In this document: positions 30,422-39,986 of the stretch, in pieces
Position numbering within the stretch: the first letter of the stretch is position 1
Layout of the letters: the number at the start of each line of letters is the position of its first letter
Assembly (NCBI GenBank): GCA_009693615.1
Contig: SHWX01000001.1
Coordinates: 1,586 to 65,585, forward strand
Source: Chitinophagaceae bacterium
GTDB taxonomy: Bacteria > Bacteroidota > Bacteroidia > Chitinophagales > Chitinophagaceae
DNA length: 64,000 nt
Direction of reading: 5' to 3'
The notes under the pieces: generated by a model
Seen by the model: the letters and a program-made list of their open reading frames with translations, nothing else
Databases searched by the model: none
Told to the model about the DNA's origin: nothing
Position numbers and translations under genes: made by a program

Positions 30422-30544
30422 TTATGCTAAGAATAAAGCTGATAATGCAGATAAGTTCAACAAAAGCGGAGGTATTCCTGAATTGGATAAGTCTCCAGCC
30501 TTTGCCATAGGGTAATATTGCGCAGTTACATGCACTATGACCAT
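30422..30544 (-). pseudogene. Decayed N-terminal fragment of canonical glycogen synthase GlgA
   Basis: Manual translation MVIVHVTAQYYPMAKAGDLSNSGIPPLLLNLSALSALFLA* resembles the GlgA start MxIxHVSAECYPxAKxGGL; stop after 40 aa. Confidence 0.65.
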
Positions 30545-30674
30545 GAGCAGTTTTAATTTGAATAATTTACTTCATTGCCCTTAAAACTCCTTGGTTTTCA
30601 GTACTTAATTCTAATTATATATAGACAGATTTTTAACCTTTTTACACATTGAATTATAATTTTAAGTATTTTAC

Positions 30675-30686
30675 GGAATCGATTTA
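30675..30686. promoter_or_regulatory. Putative LacI-family operator upstream of the sugar permease
   Basis: GGAATCGATTTA with CG-centred palindromic core AATCGATT, 28 nt before the ATG. Confidence 0.45.
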
Positions 30687-30714
30687 ACCAATAACGATTA
30701 AACTAACGAATCTT

Positions 30715-32403
30715 ATGAGCCAAACCAAACAACCTACCAATTCAGGTGCATTATCTACCCTTGTAGTGGTGTTCTTTTTCTGGGGTTTTATTGCTTCAAG
30801 TAATAGTGTCTTTATTCCTTTTTGTAAGCATAAATTTAACCTTGACCAATTTCAAAGTCAATTAGTCGATTTCGCTTTCTACCTAGCCTATTATATAGGC
30901 GCCTTAGGCCTATTCGCCTATGGAGCATTTGGTGGTAAGGATTTAGTGGGTAAATGGGGATATAAGAAAAGTATTGTCTATGGCTTACTATTTTCTGCCA
31001 TTGGTGCAGCTGCCATGATTATTGCAGTGAATGCCAATACATTTACAGGCATGTTAGTTGGTTTATTTATAGTGGCTTTGGGATTTTCTTTACAACAAAC
31101 CGCAGCACAACCTTTTGCCATTGCTTTAGGTGACCCTTCTACCGGCGCAAGCCGTGTGAACCTTGCAGGTGGTATTAATTCCTTCGGAACCTCTATTGGA
31201 CCCATTGTGGTAGCCTTTGCTTTATTTGGAAGCGCTGCTGCTATTACCGATGATCAAATAGCCGGATTAAGTTTAAGCAAAGTGGTTATTTTATATACAG
31301 CTGTAGGTATTTTATTTTTAGCCGCTGCTGCCATGTTTCATTTTTCAAAGAAAGTACCTCCAGGTATATCTGAAGAAAAAATTGAACCCGCTAACAAAGC
31401 TTTATACTTGTTATTAATAATGACAGGCGTTCTAATAGTTATGTTTGTTCCTATTTTTAGTAGCTATAAAATTGATCCTACTAGTTTAACCGATGCAGGT
31501 AGACACGATTTAGAAACCACTCGTTTAAAATGGTTGTTTGGGGCTTTAGCGACAGTGGTACTGGGTTTATTGTATGCTAATTTCAAAGCACAGAAAAATG
31601 AAAGTGGTTGGGGTGCGATGAAATACCCTCAATTAGTGTTAGGTATGCTTGCTTTATTTGTATATGTGGGTGCTGAAGTTTCAATTGGTTCAAACTTAGG
31701 AGAATTATTAAAACAAGCCGATTTTGGAAGTATCCCTTCTTCTAAAATTGCACCCTATATTTCTATGTACTGGGGCAGTATGATGATTGGCCGATGGGCA
31801 GGGGCCATTTCTGCATTTGAGTTTAAAAGCAGTACGAAAAAAATATTAACAGTAATTGTTCCTTTAGTAGCATTCGGAATTGTAATTGGTGTAAATAGTA
31901 TTGCCCAATACGACATGACTCCACTATACATGTACATCGTTTGTATTTTCATACAAATTGTGGCTTTCTTTATTAGTCAAGATAAACCAGCTAAAACTTT
32001 ATTAATATTTAGTTTGATTGGAGTAGTCTCTATGTTAATTGGTGTATTCACAAAAGGAGATATTGCTATTTATGCTTTCTTAACAGGAGGTATTGCTTGT
32101 TCTATTATGTGGCCTTGTATTTTTGCTTTATCTATTGCAGGTATTGGCAAGTATACCACACAAGGTGCCGCTTTTTTAATTATGATGATTTTAGGGGGCG
32201 GTATTATCCCTCCTATCCAAGGTAAATTATCTGACTTCTTACAATCTTCTCATTTAGATAACCCAGGTTATGGCATTCATAATTCTTTCTGGGTACCTGT
32301 TTTCTGCTTTGCCTATATTTTAGTATTCGCCATTGCAGTAAAAGGTATTTTGAAGAAGCAAGGAATTAACTATGAAGAAACGGAAGCAGCAGCAGGGCAT
32401 TAA
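30715..32403 (+). CDS. MFS sugar transporter (FucP/GluP-like)
   Basis: FFFWGF, QLVDFAFY, LQQTAAQP, YVGAEV, YWGSMMIGR, SIMWPCIF, MMILGGGIIP. Confidence 0.92.
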   Translation: MSQTKQPTNSGALSTLVVVFFFWGFIASSNSVFIPFCKHKFNLDQFQSQLVDFAFYLAYYIGALGLFAYGAFGGKDLVGKWGYKKSIVYGLLFSAIGAAAMIIAVNANTFTGMLVGLFIVALGFSLQQTAAQPFAIALGDPSTGASRVNLAGGINSFGTSIGPIVVAFALFGSAAAITDDQIAGLSLSKVVILYTAVGILFLAAAAMFHFSKKVPPGISEEKIEPANKALYLLLIMTGVLIVMFVPIFSSYKIDPTSLTDAGRHDLETTRLKWLFGALATVVLGLLYANFKAQKNESGWGAMKYPQLVLGMLALFVYVGAEVSIGSNLGELLKQADFGSIPSSKIAPYISMYWGSMMIGRWAGAISAFEFKSSTKKILTVIVPLVAFGIVIGVNSIAQYDMTPLYMYIVCIFIQIVAFFISQDKPAKTLLIFSLIGVVSMLIGVFTKGDIAIYAFLTGGIACSIMWPCIFALSIAGIGKYTTQGAAFLIMMILGGGIIPPIQGKLSDFLQSSHLDNPGYGIHNSFWVPVFCFAYILVFAIAVKGILKKQGINYEETEAAAGH

Positions 32404-32428
32404 TAATAATTTAAAATAAAAATAGAGC

Positions 32429-33379
32429 ATGGATTCTTTTATAGCGGGGGTTGATATTGGTGGCACAGGTACCAAGTTTGGTATAGTAGATAATTTAGGT
32501 AATGTTTTATCATCTGATACAATGTCTACCAAGGGGCATGCGGATATTCATGCTTATATAGATGAACTACATGATAAACTAATGATCCTTATAGACAAAG
32601 TGGGTGGCCTAGGACGTATTAAAGGTATTGGTGTAGGCGCTCCTAATGGGAATATATATACGGGAACTATTGAATATGCGCCTAACCTTCCATGGAAAGG
32701 AGTTATTCCTTTGGCTAAACTCATTCAAGATAAATTTAAGTTACCTGTAAGATTAACCAACGATGCCAATGCGGCCGCGGTAGGTGAAATGACTTATGGT
32801 GCAGCAAAAGGCATGAAAAATTTTATTTTAATTGCCCTAGGAACAGGTGTGGGTAGTGGTATTGTTGCAGGTGGAGAATTAATTTATGGACATGATGGAA
32901 TGGCAGGCGAATTAGGACATACAATTATTATACCCGATGGACGCATACATCCTGGCACAGGAAAAAAAGGTTCACTAGAAAGTTATGCTTCTGCAACTGG
33001 AGTGGCAATATCAGCTGTAGAAATTTTAAATAATACCGACAAACCCAGTTCCTTAAGAAACATCCCCATTGATAAGATAGATTCTAAAGCAGTATTTGAG
33101 GCGGCTACTGCAGGCGATGAAGTAGCAAAAGAAGTATTTGAATACACAGGCAGAATATTAGGAATTTCTTTAGCCAACTTTGTAATGTTCTCTAGTCCTG
33201 AAGCCATTATATTATTCGGAGGCTTAACCAAGGCGGGTGATTTAATTTTAAAACCTACGCGTGAACATATGGAAGCTAACTTGATTGAAGTATTCCAAAA
33301 TAAAATTAAAATACTAGTGAGTCACTTGAAAGAATCGGACGCTGCTATATTAGGGGCCAGTGCTTTAATGTGGGAGTAA
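32429..33379 (+). CDS. ROK family sugar kinase (glucokinase-like)
   Basis: [39 protein letters not shown]. Confidence 0.93.
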   Translation: MDSFIAGVDIGGTGTKFGIVDNLGNVLSSDTMSTKGHADIHAYIDELHDKLMILIDKVGGLGRIKGIGVGAPNGNIYTGTIEYAPNLPWKGVIPLAKLIQDKFKLPVRLTNDANAAAVGEMTYGAAKGMKNFILIALGTGVGSGIVAGGELIYGHDGMAGELGHTIIIPDGRIHPGTGKKGSLESYASATGVAISAVEILNNTDKPSSLRNIPIDKIDSKAVFEAATAGDEVAKEVFEYTGRILGISLANFVMFSSPEAIILFGGLTKAGDLILKPTREHMEANLIEVFQNKIKILVSHLKESDAAILGASALMWE

Positions 33380-34297
33380 TGCTGTAATTTCTTCTAACCA
33401 TTTGTTTCTACCCCAGCCTGCTATCACATGTTTTTCTGAATGATAAGAAGATCTCACTAAGGGCCCGCTTTCTACATAATCAAAACCCAACTCGTAGCCA
33501 ATTTGTCTAAGCTCAGCAAATTCATCGGGATGCACAAAGCGTTGAACCGCTAAATGTTTTTTAGTAGGTTGCAAGTATTGGCCCAAGGTTAATACATCGG
33601 TTCCTACCGACACTAAATCTTTCATCGTTTGTATCACTTCTTCTTTCTGTTCTCCAATACCTAACATAATACCGGTCTTTGTGCGCATACCTCCTTTTTT
33701 CAAAGTCTCTAGTACGCCTAAGCTTCTTCTATACTTTGCTTGTACCCTTACTTTCTGTGTAATGCGCTCTACAGTTTCCATATTATGACTAACCACTTCA
33801 GGAGCTGCTTCTATGATTCGATTAATTTGTTCTTGTATACCTCTGAAATCGGGAATTAAAGTTTCTAAAGTAGTAGACGGCGTAAGTGCTTTAATGGCTT
33901 TAATGGTATTGTACCATATAATGGAACCTCCATCTGCTAATTCATCTCTGTCCACACTTGTAAGTACTGCATGTTTCACTTTCATTAATAAGATAGCTTC
34001 CGCTACTCTGTGTGGTTCGTCCCACTCCACTGGTTTAGGGCGCCCTGTAGCTACTGCACAAAACTGACAGCTTCTAGTACATATATTACCCAATATCATA
34101 AATGTAGCGGTGCCTTCGCCCCAGCATTCTCCCATATTCGGGCAATTACCACTTTCACAAATAGTATGAAGTTTATGGGTATCTACTAATTGACGCACAT
34201 GCTTATAACTTTCTCCAATAGGTAGCTTTACTCTTAACCAATCTGGTTTTTTTATTCTAGTATCTTTCTCAGGCGTTACAATGGGTAATTCTTGCAT
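33365..34297 (-). CDS. lipA: Lipoyl synthase
   Basis: [31 protein letters not shown]; ATG at 34297. 3' end overlaps the ROK gene by 15 nt. Confidence 0.97.
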   Translation of the reverse strand: MQELPIVTPEKDTRIKKPDWLRVKLPIGESYKHVRQLVDTHKLHTICESGNCPNMGECWGEGTATFMILGNICTRSCQFCAVATGRPKPVEWDEPHRVAEAILLMKVKHAVLTSVDRDELADGGSIIWYNTIKAIKALTPSTTLETLIPDFRGIQEQINRIIEAAPEVVSHNMETVERITQKVRVQAKYRRSLGVLETLKKGGMRTKTGIMLGIGEQKEEVIQTMKDLVSVGTDVLTLGQYLQPTKKHLAVQRFVHPDEFAELRQIGYELGFDYVESGPLVRSSYHSEKHVIAGWGRNKWLEEITALLPH

Positions 34298-34401
34298 ATA
34301 TCTTCTCAATATTCTGGCACAAAAATACAAAACTTGCAGTATATAATGGTCTTTTAAGGTTAAAAATTATATCTTATCTTCGTATAAATGAATACCCCTT
34401 T

Positions 34402-35664
34402 ATGGAAAAGTACGGAAAGATCTTATTAATTGTCATGCCCATTTTTTTTATGATGATTCTTATAGAAAAATGGTATGGTTGGTATATAAAAAAAGAACGT
34501 AACCATTCAATGGATACAGTGAGTAGTTTAAGTTCAGCCATCACCATGGTCATTAAAAATGTATTGGGTTTAAGTTTCACCATTTTAAGTTACAAATGGA
34601 TTGAACAAAGAGTGGCCATTACACATATTAGCACCACTTGGCTCACTTATGTTATTGCCTTTGTTTGCTTAGACTTTTCACACTATTGGATTCACCGTAT
34701 AGAACATAAAAATAATTTTTTCTGGAATAGTCATATTGTACATCATAGTAGTGAAGAATTTGATTTAGCCTGTGCAGTAAGACAACCCATCTCATCTTTC
34801 GTGAAAATATTTTCTATTTTCTTACTTCCGGCAGCTTTATTGGGCGTATCCCCTTTGGTGATTGCCACTGTTACCCCTATTCAATTTTTTGCTCAATTCT
34901 GGTACCATACACGTTATATTAATAGAATGGGATTTCTAGAATATATATTAGTAACGCCTTCTCACCATAGAGTGCACCATGCTATTAACAAAGAGTACAT
35001 GGATAAAAACATGGCCCAAATATTTATAATATGGGATAAATTATTTGGCAGTTTCCAGGAAGAATTACCCCATGTAGTTCCTGTTTATGGAATTACAAGA
35101 CCTATGAGAACTTGGAACCCTATAAAAATTAATTTCAAACACATGTGGCTGTTAATTACTGACGCTTGGAAAACAAATGATATTAAAGCCAAGTTTCAAT
35201 TATGGTTCAAACCCACAGGATGGAGACCTGCCGATCTAGAAGCCAAAAGTCCTGTGTTTAAAATTGAGGATGTGTATCATTTTGAAAAATACCAGACTAA
35301 AAGAACAAATTCATTCTACGCATGGGTTTGGTTACAAATTGTACTTATATTTATTATAGTTGCCTATTTCTTAGGCAATATTGCAAACATTGGAGTACCC
35401 AATATATTTATTTATGGAGCCTTTGTCTATGTTTATATTTATGCCTTAACCGATTTTATGGATGGCAACCCCTCTTCTCTTTTTTGGGAGCTATTAAAAT
35501 CAATTTTTGGAATAAGTATTATTGTTTTTATTGGAGATTGGTTTGGAGCCGATAAATACTATTCATTATTAAGTAAGTTAATGATTGCCTATTTTATACT
35601 TTCCCTAATAGTTACCTACACGCTTCATAAAAAAGAACTTAGCCCAGAAAAAGCGGTAGCTTAA
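34402..35664 (+). CDS. Sterol desaturase/alkylglycerol monooxygenase-like membrane protein
   Basis: His boxes HRIEH, HIVHH, FWYH and HHRVHH; WDKLFG. Confidence 0.88.
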   Translation: MEKYGKILLIVMPIFFMMILIEKWYGWYIKKERNHSMDTVSSLSSAITMVIKNVLGLSFTILSYKWIEQRVAITHISTTWLTYVIAFVCLDFSHYWIHRIEHKNNFFWNSHIVHHSSEEFDLACAVRQPISSFVKIFSIFLLPAALLGVSPLVIATVTPIQFFAQFWYHTRYINRMGFLEYILVTPSHHRVHHAINKEYMDKNMAQIFIIWDKLFGSFQEELPHVVPVYGITRPMRTWNPIKINFKHMWLLITDAWKTNDIKAKFQLWFKPTGWRPADLEAKSPVFKIEDVYHFEKYQTKRTNSFYAWVWLQIVLIFIIVAYFLGNIANIGVPNIFIYGAFVYVYIYALTDFMDGNPSSLFWELLKSIFGISIIVFIGDWFGADKYYSLLSKLMIAYFILSLIVTYTLHKKELSPEKAVA

Positions 35665-35675
35665 AAATATATATT

Positions 35676-36080
35676 ATGACTTCTATTGTTACCTACGACG
35701 CGAATCTAAGAACCACTTCTGTGCATTTACAAAGTGGCTCTGCTATTCAAACCGATGCACCCACAGACAATAAAGGCAAGGGAGAAAGGTTTTCTCCCAC
35801 CGATTTAATTGCTACGGGATTAGCCGCCTGCATGATAACCACCATGGGTATTAAGGCAGAATCTATGTCTATAGCCTTAGATGGGGCCAAGGTAGAAGTA
35901 ACAAAGATTATGGTATCAGACCCTAGAAGAATTGGAAAAATTATAGCGCATGTGACCATGCCTGCTGGTTTAAACTTAGATGATAAAACAAAAGAGATAT
36001 TAGAAAGAGTGGCAAGAACCTGCCCTGTTGAAAGAAGCCTACATCCAGACCTTGAATTAGATATTGCTTTTAATTGGTAG
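35676..36080 (+). CDS. OsmC family protein
   Basis: TDAP, FSPTDL, LAAC, CPV. Confidence 0.92.
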   Translation: MTSIVTYDANLRTTSVHLQSGSAIQTDAPTDNKGKGERFSPTDLIATGLAACMITTMGIKAESMSIALDGAKVEVTKIMVSDPRRIGKIIAHVTMPAGLNLDDKTKEILERVARTCPVERSLHPDLELDIAFNW

Positions 36081-36089
36081 TAATTTTTA

Positions 36090-36677
36090 CTAACTAATAT
36101 TTAGTTGCTTTATTTTTTGCACTAGTGTACTTACAGGAAGTCCCATTACATTATAAAAATCGCCTGTTATTTTTTTAATCCCCACTACCCCAATCCATTC
36201 TTGAATGGCATAGCCCCCTGCTTTATCATAGGGCTTATATTTATCTACGTAAAATTCAATTTGTTCAATTGTTAATTTATGAAACTCCACCAAGGTAGTT
36301 TCACTAAAGCTTATTTCCTGGCCTTGATATAATAAAACCACACCAGTAATGACTTGATGGGTTTGACCAGACAAGGACAATAAGGACTCAATTGCCTGCG
36401 CTCTATTACTAGGCTTCCCTATTATTTTTTGATCTAATACCACCACGGTATCTGCTGCAATAATGCACCCATTTGCCAATGCTGGTTTTGTTGAAAGAAT
36501 AATTTCTTTTACGGCCAAGGCTTTATTTTTTGCGATAAACACTGGCACTTCTTCTATAGCCAAATTAGTTGGATAAAATTCATCTGCGTCTGAAATAATA
36601 ATTTCAAAAGGAATTTCGGCCCATTCAAGTAGTGTTTTTCTTCTAGGAGATTGCGAGGCTAGTATAAATGAAGGCAT
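36090..36677 (-). CDS. maf: Maf family nucleoside triphosphate pyrophosphatase
   Basis: LASQSPRR, ADTVV, GKP, DKAGGYAIQ, NVMGLP. Confidence 0.94.
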   Translation of the reverse strand: MPSFILASQSPRRKTLLEWAEIPFEIIISDADEFYPTNLAIEEVPVFIAKNKALAVKEIILSTKPALANGCIIAADTVVVLDQKIIGKPSNRAQAIESLLSLSGQTHQVITGVVLLYQGQEISFSETTLVEFHKLTIEQIEFYVDKYKPYDKAGGYAIQEWIGVVGIKKITGDFYNVMGLPVSTLVQKIKQLNIS

Positions 36678-36707
36678 GAAATGAATCGATTATATGAAAC
36701 TATGATA

Positions 36708-37643
36708 TTAAAACAAAAAGTAAAAAAACAGAATAGAAAAAATACCCGCTAACATGGCAAATTTTAAATAAGCACTTAGCTTTTTAAAATGTTTATGCGT
36801 AAAGGCCTTAGGCAATTGTATTAGAACAAGGCTTAAGGGGGCAATAATAAATCCAACACAATACAAAATAGTATACCACCATCCAAAAGGGATAGCATAT
36901 AATTGTATAATTAACAAAATAGCAATGACCACAAATGTCCAAACGGCTAAATACACTTTAGTAGGCTTTAAACCCCAGGCAATGGGCAAGGTATTACAAC
37001 CAAATTTCTGATCGCCTTCCATATCCTCCATATCCTTTAAAGCTTCTCTCACCAAAGTTAAAATAAATGCAAATGCACTATATAACAAGGTTAACTTGGC
37101 AAATTTTAAAATAGCCCCATTACTTATAGCAGGATGAATAATTTCTTGTACTGTAAACTTAGAAAAATACACAATGGCAATTGACCAAGCAGTGAGCATG
37201 GCAATAATAATATTGCCTACTAAAAACTTCTTTTTAAAAGTAGTGCTGTAAAACCATAAAAATAAAATGGCTAATAAATTTGTTATATGAATATGCCAAT
37301 AGCTTGCAAAAGGAAATACAATGGTGGATATATACATGCCCAATACACTAAAAATTAGATGCCAGAAAATAACCATCCTTCTGCTAATATAAGCACCTAC
37401 TACTACTTTTTGAGGCTTGTTAACTTGGTCAATATTGACATCGAAATAATCGTTAATCATATAGCCCGCTGCCGCAATTAAAAGATTACTAGTGAGCATG
37501 AAATAAAAACGAATGTCTACCTCAGCGCCCGAAATGGGAAATAAAGGTTTGTAAATACAAAAATGCAGTAAACACTCAGCCAATAAAATGAATACTAAGT
37601 TGGGCCAACGCACCAATTTTAAAAAATAGATGAATAATTTCAA
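36708..37643 (-). CDS. UbiA family prenyltransferase (DGGGP synthase-like)
   Basis: LVRWPNL, YMINDYFDVNIDQVNKP, REALKDMEDMEGD. TTG 37643 chosen because the longer ORF overlaps kdsC. Confidence 0.88.
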   Translation of the reverse strand: MKLFIYFLKLVRWPNLVFILLAECLLHFCIYKPLFPISGAEVDIRFYFMLTSNLLIAAAGYMINDYFDVNIDQVNKPQKVVVGAYISRRMVIFWHLIFSVLGMYISTIVFPFASYWHIHITNLLAILFLWFYSTTFKKKFLVGNIIIAMLTAWSIAIVYFSKFTVQEIIHPAISNGAILKFAKLTLLYSAFAFILTLVREALKDMEDMEGDQKFGCNTLPIAWGLKPTKVYLAVWTFVVIAILLIIQLYAIPFGWWYTILYCVGFIIAPLSLVLIQLPKAFTHKHFKKLSAYLKFAMLAGIFSILFFYFLF

Positions 37644-37659
37644 ATTGATTGTTTTAAAT

Positions 37660-38175
37660 TCATTTAGATTGAATATGATCATCATTATCCCAATAATCAT
37701 TCAACTTCAATGTTTTTTCAATTACTTCTCTAGCACAACCCTCCCCTCCTTTAGCAATGGCTTTATAGGTAGCCATAGCTTTAATGTCAATAGCTGCATC
37801 ACTAGGGCAAGCTGCAATACTTACCATTTGCATGGCTTCTAAGTCGGGCATATCATCACCCATATATAATATTTGATCCAGCGGGGTGGCATGTAAAATA
37901 GATAACTCTTCTAAAAGTACTTTCTTGTCTGTTACTTTCATAAAGACCTGCATCACGCCTAATTTTTCTAAGCGATCTTTCACTTCATCGGAATTGCCCC
38001 CCGAAATAATCCAAACCTTGTAGCCTTTTTTAATAGCTAACTGAATCGCATAGCCATCTTTAATATTCATGGATCTTGCCATTAGTCCATTGGGCATAAC
38101 CAATAAATTACCGTTGGTTAATACACCATCTACATCAAATACAAAGCAAGTAATTTTTTTAAACTCAGCTAACAA
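37660..38175 (-). CDS. kdsC: KDO 8-phosphate phosphatase (HAD, KdsC family)
   Basis: FDVDGVLT, DGYAI, ISG, GDDMPD, GGEGCARE. Confidence 0.9.
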   Translation of the reverse strand: MLAEFKKITCFVFDVDGVLTNGNLLVMPNGLMARSMNIKDGYAIQLAIKKGYKVWIISGGNSDEVKDRLEKLGVMQVFMKVTDKKVLLEELSILHATPLDQILYMGDDMPDLEAMQMVSIAACPSDAAIDIKAMATYKAIAKGGEGCAREVIEKTLKLNDYWDNDDHIQSK

Positions 38176-38205
38176 GGCATCTTTATTTAGACAATAAAAG
38201 TAAGC

Positions 38206-38445
38206 TTATTTTTGATTATCGCGCCACTCATACACCCAGGCGGATTGAATCATTTCCAGATGCCCCTCATTAGACTCCTCTTTTTTACCCTCAAAATGAG
38301 GCAAGGATAAAACCCAATCTAATAAATCGGTGAAGCGCACCCTATAAATTTTAGACTCTGTAAAATCGTCCCCAAATTTTTCATACAATTTTTGAGCGAT
38401 GTCTTCATGATCATTCCAATAAATGGGTGGTTCAAACTGTGGCAT
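38206..38445 (-). CDS. iscX: Fe-S cluster assembly protein IscX
   Basis: WNDHEDIA, RFTDL, SNEGHLEMIQ..W; follows the ferredoxin gene. Confidence 0.88.
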   Translation of the reverse strand: MPQFEPPIYWNDHEDIAQKLYEKFGDDFTESKIYRVRFTDLLDWVLSLPHFEGKKEESNEGHLEMIQSAWVYEWRDNQK

Positions 38446-38476
38446 AATGGTATATTTAATTCAGGTCTAGTATTAT

Positions 38477-38812
38477 TTATTCTCCTAAAAATTGTGTTTG
38501 ATCGGGCACTAATATTTCTATTGCTCCGCTGCCTGCTAATAATTCGCATTGGCATCCTAATCTAGATTCTATTCTTGGACTTACCGCACGGTCAATAAAA
38601 TCTTCTTCTTTATCCGATAACTCTTGTAAAAATGCTGAACCTTTCTTTATATATATATGACAGGTACTGCAAGCACAAACACCCCCACAATTATGGTGCA
38701 GTTCAATACCTGCATCTAATAGCACTTCTAATAAGCTATGGTCTGGCTTAATGTCATTTAAAATAACTGGCTCTAATCCCTTTTGTTCAAAATTAATTTT
38801 TAGCGAATACAT
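38477..38812 (-). CDS. fdx: ISC-type 2Fe-2S ferredoxin
   Basis: CGGVCACSTCH, SRLGCQ. Confidence 0.9.
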   Translation of the reverse strand: MYSLKINFEQKGLEPVILNDIKPDHSLLEVLLDAGIELHHNCGGVCACSTCHIYIKKGSAFLQELSDKEEDFIDRAVSPRIESRLGCQCELLAGSGAIEILVPDQTQFLGE

Positions 38813-38950
38813 GGGTCAATATTAGATTTTTGCAAAAATACTAGATATCATTCAATGCTTAGTCTCATTTTTATTTTTCTTTGTCGAAATACAAAAAAAT
38901 TAATATCGATACATTAGGGCTACTTATCTTTGCGCTCTAATTATATAATT

Positions 38951-39847
38951 ATGGCCACGCAGGGGTTTTCAGAAAGGATGTATTTACAATATTTGAGAAC
39001 CAAGTTTAAAACTTTAGGCATGGTTTCGCCCCCAGTGGCAGGCAAATTGGCCTTTGATTTATTCTGCACCCCCTATCCAAAATATAAGAAAAGAAAGGCC
39101 CCTGCTATATTTCATCAGGGGAAGTCCTTAAATATAACCCTCACAGGAAATGGCATTAAAGAAACAGGCAAAACTAAAATTCATGGCTTTGAATGGAAGC
39201 CCTTAAAGCCAAATGGACAAACCGTATTAATAGTACATGGGTACGCTAGCTATTTTTATAAGTTTGAACAATATATTCAACCTTTACTAAAACTGGGTTT
39301 TAGGGTAATAGGTTTTGACGCCCCTGGCCATGGGCTTAGTGAGGGCAAACACATTAATATAGTCATCTATAAACATGCCATTGAAAATATTATTAAAGAA
39401 TTAGGCCCCATTGATCATTTTATTGGGCATTCCCTAGGGGCCATTACTTTGGCATTAATTGCAGAGACCATTGAAAATCCAACCAAGCATAAGTTTGTAT
39501 TAATTGCTCCAGCCACTAAAACCACCACTACCTTTGAAAGATATTTCAATATGATGCACCTTAGCCCTGCCATCAGAACTGCCTTCTATGAATTAGTTGA
39601 AAAAGGTACCAGTTTGCCAATTACCTATTTCGAAGCCGACAGGGCCATCGAAAAATATGCTGGAGACCTACTTTGGGTGCACGACAGGGAGGATTTGGTT
39701 TGTCCCTTGGAAGATTTAGTCGAATTTCAAAAAAAAGCCCTAAAAAACATAAAATTCTTGATAACCAATGGGTTAGGTCATAATAAACTATATAAAACCC
39801 CTGAAATTATTGATAAAATAATGGCCTTTCTTGCTCCATTAGAATAG
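38951..39847 (+). CDS. Alpha/beta fold hydrolase
   Basis: VHGY, FDAPGHG, GHSLG nucleophile, HDRED, GLGH. Confidence 0.9.
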   Translation: MATQGFSERMYLQYLRTKFKTLGMVSPPVAGKLAFDLFCTPYPKYKKRKAPAIFHQGKSLNITLTGNGIKETGKTKIHGFEWKPLKPNGQTVLIVHGYASYFYKFEQYIQPLLKLGFRVIGFDAPGHGLSEGKHINIVIYKHAIENIIKELGPIDHFIGHSLGAITLALIAETIENPTKHKFVLIAPATKTTTTFERYFNMMHLSPAIRTAFYELVEKGTSLPITYFEADRAIEKYAGDLLWVHDREDLVCPLEDLVEFQKKALKNIKFLITNGLGHNKLYKTPEIIDKIMAFLAPLE

Positions 39848-39986
39848 CTTATTTTTATTTTTTGGGTGAAAGCTCTAATATTGCATCGCGAGAAAAGAAA
39901 AGATGAGCCAGAAATGGTGTTTTTTCCTTTTTTCATAATTAATTGATATTCAATTTCAAAAATACCCGTAGGAGCGGTTGGCAACT

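Noticed and set aside
33365-33379. Overlapping 3' ends of convergent genes (ROK/lipA 15 nt; ogt/cdd 9 nt at 45393-45401)
   Set aside because: Common in compact genomes; no evidence of a dedicated antisense function.
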